From Antedon mediterranea (Eukaryota; Animalia; Echinodermata), in NCBI RefSeq assembly GCF_964355755.1, contig NC_092673.1:24363648-24427647 (forward strand): a stretch of 64,000 nucleotides of DNA, in the 5' to 3' direction. A model generated the notes under the pieces. That model saw only the letters and a program-made list of their open reading frames with translations. It was not told the origin of the DNA and did not search any database. Of the stretch, positions 37,056 to 51,034 are shown one piece after another (the stretch's first letter is position 1; each line of letters opens with the position of its first letter). A program made the translations under genes and the position numbers.

Positions 37056-38379
37056 GTAAGTAGCCTATTTATGATTTTTATTCATGATGATTGCAAACTG
37101 ATTTTACACCAATTTACAACGTCTAATACAGTTAGGCTAAATAGTATATAACACCATGGAGGTGAGGAAAAGGGATGAGAGCTTGGGATTGGGGAGGGAT
37201 TGGAGAGAAGTGGGTCCAAATTATTTTAATTTCTATTTGTAAACCTATTCCTATAATACTATTTTATCTAAAACACTCCAAAAAGAAGGAAGGAAGAACT
37301 CTTTATTTTGCATTGTGAAAAATGTATTAGTTAAACGATTTCTAGTTATATGCCTCCCATGTATATCATCCCATCCCATCCTGTTTGCTATACACAGGAA
37401 AACAAACTCGTTTTAGTGTGATAATTGTATCTCTTTTAATTTAGGGAGGAGGAGGAGGGTGCCCACTGGAGAAAGGTCAATGTACTCCCTATATGACAAA
37501 TAAGCCTATTATAACCTAACATACTATACTGGCTCTAAATGTGATCATATGTGACACTCTTTGTCTATGATACTGTAAAAAATGATGACATGTGTTGAGA
37601 TACAGTACAGAGAATTGAATGCCTGGCGATGACCGCAAACATATATCTTATTCGCTGCTGGTTTTATGTAGCAAATATCTCTGCTGTGTTAGATTTCATT
37701 TTATTTACGTAGATGTCAAAATTATTTTGAATTTTGATGACAGCATCAGTTAGCATTCCAATTTTATAAATGTCGCAGATTTATATTTCAAAGTATTTGT
37801 AGTTTATTGACACTGTTTGTTATTCAGCTCAGCATCTTTCTGTATGCATATTATACAATGTAAACAAATTGTATTATTATTGCTTTGATAATTTAGTATT
37901 ACAATAAAGCTAGGTAATATGATCATATTTTTGCATTTAATGAATATTGATAAGTTAGTTAATGTGTGATCTTATTTTTGCGTATAACAAATAATAATGA
38001 GCTATGTTTTTTGCCATTTTTTTGCAATTAACGAATAATTAATAATAATATTTTGACATGATCTACATTGAAATTCTGGTATTGAGATAAAAATATAAAT
38101 TCTTGTTTTTATAATGACTGCATTATATCCCATGTATAATCACATTGACTAGAAGGCTAAATATGGACTGTGGTTAATCCCATTGTAAATACAATCCAAA
38201 AAACTTTGCCATATGCAGTTTTTCAAATAAGTATAAAACAGATTTTTTAAATTGTAGCCTCCAAATTATCAAGATGATTTTGAATTGGAAGATCCTTGGA
38301 TGGTTTATTCTTAAAATTTGTTTTTAAGTTTATGTGATGGACATGAGAACCTAATGTAAACATTTTTTTTAAAGTTTAT

Positions 38380-38528
38380 AGCTCTGTCTATAATATCAAA
38401 CTTTATGTGACAAAAACATGTGATGTGCCCATATATGGACACTACCATATTTAAGCATATCAATACAATACCATATTTTGGCACATCACATTTTTTTTGT
38501 TAAACTAGTTTGATAGTGAGACAGAGCT
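38380..38528. mobile_element. MITE family A copy
   Basis: agctctgtctataatatcaaact ... agtttgatagtgagacagagct. Confidence 0.85.
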
Positions 38529-39711
38529 TTATACTGTAAATGCATAGTGTATATAAATGTATATTGATAGAACTAACCAAACAAAGTCTCCTTTTAATAT
38601 TAAAGTCCATTTTTTGGAGAGTGGGGTGCCAGGTGGAAGCATGTCAAATCGGTAAATACCCGAAATATTTTTTTAACAATTATCATCAATGATAAAACTT
38701 AAATATTAATTAAGAAATAATTAAAACCAAATATTTTGTACATTAATATATATAAAATAATAACAGACCTGTACAGATTGTTGTACAGTATTTTATTATT
38801 TTTATGTATTCTTTAAAAATATTTTTTAATTATTTTATTATTATTTATTGCCAAAAACCAGTTACAAACAAACAAAACACAGAAACTAAGGGAGTAGGCA
38901 GGAACCTAAAAGTGAACCTAATCACTATAACAAGAGTTCAGGTTCCGTACTCCCAAAGTAACAACAATGATATAAAATAAACTATATAAAAATATTTAAA
39001 AAACAAATAGACGAATCAACAGTGTCTGTCTTTAATTTTTGTTATAAGCCTTTTTTTAGTGTCATACTACAAACAAAATGTTAGTGTTTTGAAGAATATT
39101 AATTTAATAATAATAATTTCATATATATTGTTCACCAAACCTTAACTAAACTTGAGATCCATTAATGACTATAATCCAATCATTATATTGTATTTATTTG
39201 GCATCTATCGGGCGTTTTGTAATTACAGATGAAGCAGTATTGCTACAAGACTGACCTGGATTAGGCAACACTGCTTCTCAAGGGATATGTGCATCGAATA
39301 TTCATCTCATGTTTTGTGTGACAATATTCCCTTAGCTATAAACTCTTGTAGAATATATTATAATGTTTTCTGATGGTTTCCATTGGACACTGACTGCTAA
39401 CTTTAAATATGCCATTTTATTTTAAGTATTACCAGGGGTGGATCCAAGAAAGACTGAACTATGGTGCGTTTCCTTCTTTTGACAGCTAAAATCTAATTAT
39501 ACTACCTTTTGATATCTATTTTGAACAGACTGTTAATATTATATGTTAGTGCTCCTCTATTTAAAAAATCATGGATCCTCCCCAGATACAGTATGACCAC
39601 TACTAATAAGACACCTTCGGGACCAAATATAATGTTTTCTTAATAATAATGGGTTGGCGTAGTGTTAAAAATATAGTTTGCCTGTACCTTATTAGGGTAT
39701 CGGGTGTAGTA

Positions 39712-39992
39712 AGGGCGTGTGGCGCAGTGTGTTGGACGTTCGACTACTGATCGTGAGGTTTGAATCCAACTCTGTCCCGAGGCAAGATTTACTTACGTTT
39801 GCCTCTCTCAACCCATGTGTATAAATGGGAACATGGTTAGATCATCAAGACACAACTTTGCGCTGATTACTAGCTGCATTATGGGAGTATGTTTCCATAC
39901 TTGTTTGATCAAATAAAATGACTGGGGTAATAATGTTTAGCGGTTAGAGGTTTCACAACATTGTGTGCTATATAAATCCATGTTATTATTAT
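39712..39992 (+). mobile_element. tRNA-derived SINE, near full length, with L2-like 3' tail
   Basis: A-box tggcgcagtgtgttgg and B-box-like ggtttgaatcc; core cctctctcaacccatgtgtataaatggg; tail agcggttagagg...gtgctatataaat...(tta)n. Other pieces at 28065-28153, 41950-42025 and 50996-51170 (-). Confidence 0.8.
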
Positions 39993-40268
39993 TAGTATCT
40001 CCCCAAGTACCACAATGTGGGCTACAATTTCCCTAGCTGTGAGTGTGAATGATCAATCAATTTTGAAAATTCAATAATCAATATTTAAATTAATATTAAT
40101 TATTATAAGGTTTAGTATATAATAATTAATATTAATTTAAATATTGATTATTGAATTTTCACAAATTTATGCTCGTGTTTGCTATTTACGTATATAGGTC
40201 AAAGAAAACCTATTTTTGTTTTTATTGTCATTGTGTCATTTTATTGTGTCATTTTATTGTCATTGTTA

Positions 40269-40417
40269 AGCTCTGTCTGCGCTATCAAACTTTATGTGAC
40301 AAAATGTGATGTGCCCATATATGGTAACGACGATGTCATATCACTACCACATTTGGGCATATCACTACCATATTTGGGAACATCACACTTTTTTTGTTTG
40401 ATAGTATAGACTGAGCT
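40269..40417. mobile_element. MITE family A copy
   Basis: agctctgtctgcgctatcaaact ... tttgatagtatagactgagct. Confidence 0.85.
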
Positions 40418-42940
40418 TTACTGTTGTCTTTTAAAAAAGAAACATACATCACTTTCGCAATTTAACTGAAAATGTTTAATTAATTAGAAATTAACACTGA
40501 CATTATATTTCTGGTTTGGTATTTCTCTTTTTCAGAACACAATTGTTTTCATTTCAGAATTACATACAAAATATATTTTTAAAAGCATTTTTAAATAGGC
40601 CTCAAATTGTTCTAGCTAAATTTCATTTTAAAAATGGTGATGGTTATTATATAATAATAAAATTAATATATATTTATATTGTTGTTTTATTCGAAACCCA
40701 AATGAAACTAATTTTGTTGATTAATTAGGTTGTCTTGAATCTATTCATCTTCATCTATTTCTCCTTTGGTCTTCCTGATGTTTTATTATTCGACTGTTAT
40801 TTATGTATCAACCTCTTTTATAAAAATGTATGATGTATGGATTCAAAATAAAAACAAACAAACTAACAATTGTCTGGAAATTGAATAAAAATTATGCTGA
40901 GAATTGTAGTTCTTTACACCAAGCTTACTAGACTAATCTGACAATCTGAAAATTACGCCTTAATGATGAGACCAGGATTTTTAAACGTTAGGCCTCTGAG
41001 CCGGGGAGGGGGTTTGGGGGTTTCCAAAGGGCCTACAATTTATGGATAATAATAATAATAATAATTTATATAGCCCAATATCCACTGAAACTGCTCAAGT
41101 CACTAGATCTTCATGAAAAAAAAAACATTTGAAAGTTCCTCATATGTAGGTCAAAATTATAAAAATTATTTTTTATACACTGAAATGTTGTCATCCTGTA
41201 TAATATTATATGCTTATATTAGATTATATTACAAGTGTCTATTTCAATAGTCTCTTGTCATTTTCATGTTCCTAATATCCAGTGGATATAATGTTTTTTT
41301 TAACTTCCTATCTACCCATGTCTATTTGTTTGAGCATTAATTTTCTTCTAGAAGATTTATTATAGAATTTTTTTTTTTAACATACCTTTTAAAATTATTT
41401 ATTGCAACATAGTTGATGAACCAAATGTGTTGTTTTATTACTACAAATATGAGTAGAAAAAAGTACAACATAAACCAATTTTGATTGAGATTCATGGAAT
41501 TTTAGATAAAACACTTAAATAGGCTAATGTAGCATTTAAAAAGAATTTTTATATTATGCCATATATATGAATGCAATTAATATTCCAAGTATGGTATTTG
41601 CATAGACATAGAATTAAGTATGTTTTAGCAACTTTAGAGTATAATTACCTGAATACATTTGGACTGCACTAATAATACTGTGTTATTCTCTGGTATAATC
41701 CCACCCACCTAGAACACGAAATTGGTACAACTTTGGTGAGTGGGACTATACTTGGGAAAAGCCTGGTTCAAGAAAAAAAATTCTTGTAAAAACTCATCTT
41801 AACTAGCTAGAGAGAGGCCTACATTCAGACCAAAAGTCAATACTGGGACTATACTCATGGATACTCATTATTGATTGTCTCCATCCCCGAAACCTCGACT
41901 AAGAAATACCGGAATGGTGTCCGGCGGGGGATAGTTTATTACCATTAGTTAAGGTCTAATGTAAGCACCTAGAGGGGTCAGTGATCCATTAGGCGCTATA
42001 TAAATACTGTTTATTATTATTATTATTTATATGCCTGTTTGTGAAATCAGACATAAAGTAGGCCTACAGTAGTAAAAACCTTACCAGTGCAATTCCTATC
42101 ATGTTGATACCCCATTCGTATGGATGCATGCAGTAAGAAAAATGTATATAATGAACAACTCTACAAGTTATACTCCTCTCTCTCGCCCTTATAAATGATA
42201 GTGTTACAAAAGATTTAAAGATATAGTATTTTACGTAACACACAAGGAATTAATTCTTGCGTTTCAATTTACCATTGTAAATTTGAGCTTATGCCACAGA
42301 TACAAACAGGATATAATCTTATTGCAAAAAGTAATTAATTACGCACAAGAATACAAATGATGCAGACAGACTGGAGACTTGGAGAAAGAAAACAAAAATA
42401 ACTTGTGGCTTTAACTTGATGGAGTAGTTTAGATGTCGCATTGATTATTCAACATGTTAGGAATATTGTCATTTTGTTGTTATACAATATATATTAATTT
42501 CTCCGTCAATGTCATCTCCAATAAATTTAATTTGATTAGTTTCCGCCGTCCGTAGCAAGAATTGTCATAACATTTTGAATGTTGTTTTTTTTTTTAAATA
42601 GGCTTTTGTATCATTAGTTATACCTGGTACTTAATCTATCATTGGTTAGCTTCTAGATTTTACAAAAATGAATAAATTTAAAATATTCGCTTCCAGTTTG
42701 CTGGGGATTTAAATCTGGGAAAGGAAACTAGTGAAAGCAAAATAAATTATTTTTTTAAAGAATATATTTTTAGAGTGACCCTCATTATGCCTGCCTCTTT
42801 ACCACTCACTGTGTGATAAGGTACTAGGTTTGGCGTTCTAAACACGGGATAGTTCAAGACTAATGTTATATTGCATTGCTGTGTCCTTGGAAAGACACTA
42901 GGCCTACTGTTGTTTTCTCTCCCCACCCTAGTGTAGTAGC

Positions 42941-43270
42941 TAATGAGCTGGTTACTTGCTGTACAATTAGGGGAGCTGTCCATACATACTTAGTGCGTAA
43001 TCACGATGCTAAATCCCCATTCTCACCCCTAATAAGAGGACACTCTTTGGTCCCAAAGGTGTCCCCTTAATAGAGGTTTTACTGTACTAAATTTTGTAGT
43101 AAGTAGTAGTAGTAGGTAATGAGCTGGTTACTAGCTGTACAATTAGGGCAACTGTCCATACACGATTTAGAATCTTTGTGCATAAGCACGACACCAAACC
43201 CCTATTCTCACCCTTAATAAGAGGACACTCTTTGGTCCCAAAGGTGTCCCCTTAATAGAGGTTCTAATGT
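42941..43270. repeat. Local tandem duplication of a ~145-bp segment ending in a Tc1/mariner-type MITE end (ggtgtccccttaatagaggtt...tgta)
   Basis: taatgagctggttact...gaggacactctttggtcccaaaggtgtccccttaatagaggtt occurs at about 42941 and 43117. Confidence 0.8.
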
Positions 43271-45720
43271 ACTTAATGTTTTATTTAAATTTCCAAGACA
43301 ATTGCTCTTCAGGATACAATGAAATTATCAATGCAAAGTATTGAATTCATTGCCTATTAAAGAATATAATGATGTGTAGAGATCCTAAGTAGGCCTAGCC
43401 TAGTTATGTAGTTATCAACTGAATGTCATTTTCATATTTCCAATAAAGGCAGAAAGCTTTAATACAAATGATTGCATATTGTCAGCTTAAAAAGATTGTC
43501 CAAAGTTCTAACAAATCATTCCCAAGTGTCGTATCTAAATCATTTTTGACAGAGTGTTGCAATTTCATTTGTACAGTCATGTGCATGGCATTGTAGTCAG
43601 TGATTATGCATTCATGTTTTAATAAGAGTATCAATAATTTTCCATTGATCACATGGTAAAGATTAAGCAGTGATAATTGGTTGTTTTTCTTCGTCGTCGG
43701 TCAGTTGTACTCAAGCATTAGGGAGGTGGTAATTATTGGGTAAGATATATCAATGCCTCATTGTTATACAGTATTTAATGCGTACGTATGTTTTATGGCC
43801 TTGTTGATATAGGCTGCCATTTTGTGTGCTTTCACAGGGATGTAGGCATTTGTTTAGTAGTCATAGGCTATAGCCACGGCAATTATTGAATCAATGAAGT
43901 TGAAAGATGGAGTGGTTTCTTCCGTACTCTTTAATAGTTTTGATTTATATATCTATATTTATGCATATGGTGATCAGTATCGCTGTTGGATGAAATTGAA
44001 TTATAAATAAATGTGGCTTTATTTTTTTTAATGAATGAATATTTCTGTCTATCCATGAATACAAAACATTATTTTAAAATGTTATTAAAATATAGTATTA
44101 AATTGTTATTATTGTTTTAAAATGTTATTATTGTTTTAAAATACCATTTTCTCATTGTTGTTGATTATTAAATTGATGAATCATATGTTAGTTGTGAACA
44201 CATTGTGCAAAATTTATGAGAAAATCTTTGTAAATCCTAGGACTGCCATTACAACAGATTATCAGAGAATGCCTAGGCTAAATAAGGGATGCGTGGTATT
44301 CAGTAGGCCTATTATTAGTCCTGCAAATGAAGGATAAATATCAACATATTGTTATTAATATTTCTTTAGTATATATTTTTCATATTTATATAATATTCAT
44401 TTTTCCTAAAGGGCATTAAATGTCAATACTACAGTATTACCATATGTAATAAAACTCATAAATAAGGATAATTTATTCAGCCATCTCTTCATTTCAAAAA
44501 CAGGTATAGTCGTCATACACAATATAAATTAATAATGATTATGTATATAGATACCGTAGACATCTGGCGCATACTACAGTTTTAATAATAAAGAGCTTTC
44601 GTTTTGTAATGACCGACGACAAAACTTGGGCCCCCGCTCCTCACCTTATCGACACATGCTTGATGGTTTCTAGGTCTAGATGATGACACATCGATTGACC
44701 TGACCTAGGTTGGTCCTCGGTCGGTCGCAAACTGAACATTCCCTATATTATAAGAAACAAATACTAGACCACACAAACATCTAATAGCGATTAGCCATAC
44801 TTAAAAATTTACTGGACGCTAAGATTTTTTAAACCCACCTTTTTTTTCTGAGACACATTTATATTATATACCGAAATTGTAATTATAAAGAATGACTAAA
44901 TAAATGTGAATTGAATTGTTAACAAAATTAAATCCAAAGCAACGCACGCTTCACTCGTATTGTAATACATTCCGAGTATTTGCTCCATAAAGTCACAGTA
45001 AACTATGTGCACTTTGTATCTGCCTGTAGTAGATCTCTATAATGGGACATCTTTGTTACACGATAATGTGTCCCCTTATTATGGCTGGAAAAAATGGAGT
45101 GAATTGCATTTAGTAGAATATAACTTAACACAGCCTTTTCGCATGGGGCAGTAGATGAAAGGAGATCGTAATTTATACAAAATATTAATCTGAGCATGCG
45201 TATTATCTCAGTATATTCAGTTCCGTTCATTATCGGTACTGTATTTGGTCGACAGAAGGAGCAAAGTTATGACATAATTAGCCTGCCTTAAGACAGGAAA
45301 TGGAAATCTTTAACCGTTTTTTTTTTGCATGTATTGATCGGGTAGTTAAACTTGGTTAGTTAAAAATGTCTAGAATCCGGATGCCTTCACCAGTTCAAAC
45401 CATCCAATTTAAAAAATCAAATATCGTACATAAATTGCCCTGCTCCAATTTCAAAAGCTTATCACATGTTTACAATCCACCCACATAAATAATTCACTCA
45501 GAAACAATCGTTAGGAGACTACAAAGCCAATTAAATTCATTAACCAAAATGCATTATTTTGTATTTTTATGTCATTTAATAACATTTAGCATTTTAAATC
45601 ATCCTTTTTGAACCCTGATATTTAGTCATACTGATTTCTAATTAGATCCTTAATTTGAAAATTAAAGAGCAAACAAACATGGCATTTAGTTTTACAAGTA
45701 GGAGAGGTCTGTAAATGTTA

Positions 45721-45859
45721 AGCTCTGTCTATTTTATGACAAAAAAAACGTGATGTTCCCATATATGGACATGATGATGTCATATCACTACCATATTTGG
45801 GTACATCACACTTTTTTGACAAACTACAGTACAGTAGTTGGACATTGTAGACAGAGCCT
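45721..45859. mobile_element. MITE family A copy
   Basis: agctctgtct ... tgtagacagagcct; internal cccatatatggacatgatgatgtcatatcactaccatatttggg. Confidence 0.85.
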
Positions 45860-46566
45860 TAGATGTTGAACTTTAAATTATAGGTCATCAGTTCAAAACG
45901 TTTGTCGGAAAGTTTCATCCGCTACACTCGATATTCGACATTGCTTTTATTTATCCCATGAGTATAGTGGGTACTAAGAAGTACTAGTAATGCCATTTAT
46001 GCTCAATGGAACATTTAAGCTATTCTGGGAAGTATGTGTACCAATGTTAAATTACTGGGGATGCTTTACATGGAAATTGTGAGCTACATTTCATGATGGT
46101 ACAGTACGTGAAGGACAAACGGAAAACGTATTGTCCCCAAAAACATGAAAAGATTAATTAATTACTTGCCCAATTAACACTTTGAATAGGTTATTTTGTA
46201 GTATTAATAAAGATAATCAGTTTGGTAGAAAAAAGACAACAAAAATGTTTTTACTTAAAAATTACTTTTCAATATCATAGCTTAATTCTGTATTTCACAC
46301 CAAAACATGAAAAATAAAAATGAATAAAATCAAAATAATGATTTAGAAAAGTCATTTTAAAAGACAAAATGAATGTTAAAAACTATAGCTGAAAGTGTAA
46401 TACTTACAGGCTTCAATATAGCTGTTCTTTGACTTGTTGTTTATATTAGTATATAAAAATTGGATATGGGAAAAAAAGTAAATAATTATTCATTATGACT
46501 TGTGTGACATTAAAATATGTCTATTCAACAAAATATTAGTTTTTTTCAGGAAGACAATTACTTTAA

Positions 46567-46894
46567 AGATGTACTGTCCCTCTGAAAAAATAATTCTTAA
46601 AAATTTGTTTGTTGAATATGCAATTTTAATGTCACCTAATAGTTATTCACTTTGACCAAAAATTGGATCAGAAAAAAATTTATTTACATAAAAAAACTGT
46701 AATTTAAAGCCAAAAAAAATACTAAAATTGGCTACCAGCCAATGGGGTTTTGGTTAATTTAACCATTTATTTTGAAGTGTTTCCGGTTTTTTTTTCTGCG
46801 GAAGTGATAAACTTTATTAAAACTACAAAATAATCTATTGAAAGTCTGATTTTATTAATCTTTATTTTTCATGTTTTTGGAGGACACTACATCT
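46567..46894. mobile_element. MITE family D with TTAA TSD (Kolobok-like); an inverted degenerate copy abuts it at about 46128-46562
   Basis: ttaa|agatgtactgtccctc ... gaggacactacatct|ttaa. Confidence 0.85.
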
Positions 46895-47817
46895 TTAAAT
46901 GAACACAAATTTGTACATTTTACCTAATACAAAATATAGCATTCACAGTATTTATAAACAATTTATTGTGCATTTATTAAATTGTTGAATAATCAACGGC
47001 TTATGCAATATGATGTAATATTATTTTATCTCGCATATGTCATTGTATTGTCGATATGCCCTTGGGAATCTGTCAAACAGACGCCAGAAAAAAAATACAA
47101 CAAATCAAATGCATTGTTTATATAACAACAAAAAGCTTTTAAATTTTATCTTTAATATATTTGAATTCTTATTTGATGGTTACAGATAAAATATATGAAG
47201 AAAAAAATATGTTTTATTTAAAAAATGTTATAGATTGTAATTCATTCTAATGTGTTAAATAAAATAAAAAATAATTAATATCTGGTTTTGATGGTCACTG
47301 AACGGTCTTGATTATTTTCTGTGTAAATTATTCCCTAAGGTTAAACAGAATTCATTGGCTTTAAATTTGTTAAAAAGAATTTGAATTCAAATGAAGTTCA
47401 AGGTACCGATGTAATGTACGTTGAACTATTAAGGATCAGTGTGCTTCAGGCTATGATGTTTATAGCACGAATAGTAGAAAGGTTGCATGTAGGCCTGCTT
47501 TAAACCGCAGTCGATTGGCGGTTAGGATACGAGAACATCTGCAAACCACAGTCATCCACTCCTTAGCTATAGTTCTCGTATAAAACATTTTCTTGGATAA
47601 GGACTTAAAACTGAAGGTCCGGTATACACATTTGACTTGTGTAGACTTTGAAATAACTCTGTGCATCTTCAGAAAGAGTGTGAAAATGGGGTTCTTGTCC
47701 CATTTCGTTTATAACTCTGTTGGGCTAACACCCCTACCTGTTAAATCACTTAATTTGGAAACCACCAAGAGTTGTCCTATGTCCCAATGAAATGAAAAGG
47801 GATTGAATACTGTTTAA

Positions 47818-49104
47818 CAGTGGCGGATCTAGTGTGGGGCGTACGCGCCCCCCCCCCCCCCCCCCTATTTTTTAAAGATTTTTTTTTTTTTTTTTTTAAA
47901 TTAAATAGATTTTAAAAACACGTATCGTTTCGACTGTCATTTTCATAGTGAAAATAGTATGTCGGAGCACATCGTCAGCTTGATCGCATTTCACCAAGCA
48001 TGTACGTTGACATACTATCAATCTCTAGCGTTACCAACGATCATTCACAGTTAAGTGTAAAACTAAAAGGAACAAGTTGATAAAAGCCACGTGGTGAGCT
48101 TGGTTGCGTTTTACTAAGCAGGTCGGCATCCTTTGTGATCGTCACTCCCGTATTGTAGAGTAGCGGTACGTACCTCCGACGATCAATAGAGTTTATGAAG
48201 TCACATGGTCAGTGCTACACTACGCGCCCATTTATTAAATACAATAAAAACAAAGGCTAGGACTGTAGTGCCTATGAAAATTATCCCGTTAGGCCTATAT
48301 TTTATTAAAACATATTACTATTAAAATATTAACAATGCTGCATGCAGAATTTCATGACCCTTGTAGTGTTTTATTTGCTTTTCCGTCGATGATTCTCATA
48401 AACAAATCGCGATGACAAAAGGGGTGTTTTGTTTTTTTCAAATCACTAAATATAATGTAATGATGATCGAGCCGGACCGCTAATTTTTAAACGATCGTTT
48501 AAACCAGGTCGTTGAATATGCCGTGATTTTAATTGTCAAAACCATGATCGTCAGTCGATGGCTCGGAGTTTCGATAAATCTTGCGTCGCATGTGTTGCGT
48601 GGTGGTGGAAAACACTCTCAGCAAGTTTGCTTCATTAATATGCATGAGACTCTGTGACGACCCGCTTTAACGTGACGTCATTTTACTTTAGCTGCATGGA
48701 TGATGGATGCGAAGAAGTAGTCACCGTGATCGACCCGGCGCGCGTGTAAGAAAATAATACCGGCCTAGGCTAGGACAAGTTTATGCTTATATAAAAGCTG
48801 AAAAACATCGTCGCGTTGTAAAAATTTAGATGTAAAGTACAGGCAAGTTGTTATCTTGCTTTGGTACCCTAGGTAAGTATCAGCTGCATGTTCCACATGT
48901 CGTAATTTGCGAGCTTTAGAGTGTTTGGTAAATGACATTATGAATTGTTTGTAAATCGTTTTAAACGACTTACAATGCGCTAGAACGCCAAAATTTCCAG
49001 CCGACCGGGGGCCCTTGCCGGCCCCGTGGCCCCCAGCCAATGTTTGCTCGCTTCGCTGGCAAAGCTACGCCCCCCCCTATTTCTAAATCCTGGATCCGCC
49101 CCTG
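47818..49104. mobile_element. Non-autonomous DNA transposon, 1287 bp, CAG(T/G)GGCGGATC TIRs, 6-bp TSD GTTTAA
   Basis: gtttaa|cagtggcggatctag ... ctggatccgcccctg|gtttaa; GC-richer interior with no transposase ORF. Confidence 0.85.
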
Positions 49105-50462
49105 GTTTAACCTACTACTACCTACTAATTAACCTTTGCATTCTAAACTATAAGTTCGGTTCCTTTTAAGATACAACGCACGTCCACAGTTTCAGGTTGT
49201 TCTGTCTATCGAAAGAAGCATTTGATATGATAAATGGCTATTGAATTAATCTTTTAGCTCAGGTATAGCAGTTTTTTACCGGGTACTAGTTGTAGATCAC
49301 GATTTGACCCAAGGCCTTGTTATAGAAGTGAACATAACACCATCAGTTAAATATAATAAAGGTTGTAGAAAACAATGATTAACATAAATGAATATTTAAC
49401 AATGCGTTTTCTTTGAAACAAAGTAACAATATAATAATATTGATTGATGGACACAATATATACCCTGATGAACTGCAAAGACCAATCATACAGAATTACA
49501 ATTGATTTATAGTATTGATGTAACTGTATTAATCTTTCATAAAGCGTTATATCTTTATGGATGTCTATCAGTGTGACGTAATGGTCGACCCTGAAGTGGT
49601 AGTGAACTTATTGATACAAAAAGCCAGCTCACGTGCAGTTGAGTTTGTAATCATCACAAGAACAGATCTCATATATTAGGTGTATTATATGATTACAATT
49701 GTTGTGGTACTGTAGTCTATAAAACAGGACTGACAAAACAATGAACTTGTAAGTATATCATTACATTGCATTAAATATAAATGCAATGTTGTTTTGTGGG
49801 ACATGGGTGAGGAGTTCTGCTGATTTCTCTGTTGGGTTTGATGTGCCAAATCTACAAGAAACCAGTTTAGTACCAAGAGCAGACCTGATAATGACACCTT
49901 TTTGTATGCAAATTAGCTAAACACAAGTGCATTCTACATTAAAATGTAGGGAAAATATTCATACAAAAGTAAGTGGTGTTGACCAGTTTTATCCTGCAAA
50001 TGTAGTCTAGGTATAATACCCAAGGTGTGTGAATTACACCCCTCCCCTCCCCTTCTCCCATCTCAAAGTATTGTAGTTGGAGATATCTAGATGGATGAGG
50101 AAACATTTTAGTGATGTTGTATGAGAGGAAGTGTTCAAAGAAATTAAGACTCCAATTGCGTCTCTTACCTGTGCATCCAATTACTGTACGCTAATTATCT
50201 GTGCAAGTTATGATCCTGGTGGCGGTAGAGGTAAATTTGTTCTTCAAGAAAGTGTGTTTTAAGGTTTAATAAAGAAATAACCAACAGGGTGGAGTGTCTG
50301 AAGAATTGATTTTAAACATTTTTAATACATTGGTTGGGGTGCATTCTCGCTTCCTCCATATACATAGTACAGTAAAATCAAAGTGCGATTCAATTTTAAT
50401 AATAATAATAGTTCATTCTTATACATATATATATCAGCAGAGCTGATAATGATGATGAAGGG

Positions 50463-50900
50463 CTAGTGTTGCCCGAAAGCTCTGCTAACTTTTCTGGCTG
50501 TTTACTTTATCGTTTTGATTTAGCTTTTCGCTTTTTTTTTTGTATCTCCATTAAGATCCAGCCACTGATACCCACAGCATTGTCATTTTTTTTCAGTAAT
50601 TTGCCTTTGGATTTATATTTAACAATATATATATATATATATATATAAATCCAAAGGCAAATTACTGAAAAAATTTCAATGTTGTGGGTATCAGTGGCTG
50701 GATCTCAATGGAGATACAAACAAAAAAGCGAAAAGCTATTATATATATATATATATAAATAAATAAAATAACATCCAAAGGCAAATTACTGAAAAAAATG
50801 ACAATGCTAGCAAGTGCTGCCTGGGTGGACAGAAATAAAAGAAATATAACAAAGGGAGACAGGGTGGAGTTTGAATAAGAGTAGAAAACAAAGAAGCTAG
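50463..50900. mobile_element. Rearranged cluster of repeat family B: inverted pair around (AT)n plus a third partial copy
   Basis: About 50521-50617 is the reverse complement of about 50644-50738; homologous to 16436-16726. Confidence 0.8.
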
Positions 50901-50955
50901 CTTGGTAGAGATATAAACAATTTAGGAGGACAAACACGCAAGAAAACATCCTCCT

Positions 50956-51034
50956 ATCAAGACACAACTTTGCCCTGATTATAGCTGCACTATAGTATAG
51001 TGCAGCTATAATCAGGGCAAAGTTGCGTCTTGAT
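50956..51034. repeat. Near-perfect 79-bp palindrome (39-bp arms, 1-nt centre) formed from the end of a SINE copy
   Basis: atcaagacacaactttgccctgattatagctgcactata g tatagtgcagctataatcagggcaaagttgcgtcttgat (one mismatch). Confidence 0.92.

Noticed and set aside
39231-39278. Hairpin gaagcagtattgc...gcaacactgcttc as a possible pre-miRNA or exon
   Set aside because: Stem is only about 13 bp, there is no recognised mature miRNA, and all three frames hit stops
50169-50241. Minus-strand AG/GT-bounded segment with a gtaaga donor
   Set aside because: Stops in all three frames; could only be non-coding and has no support
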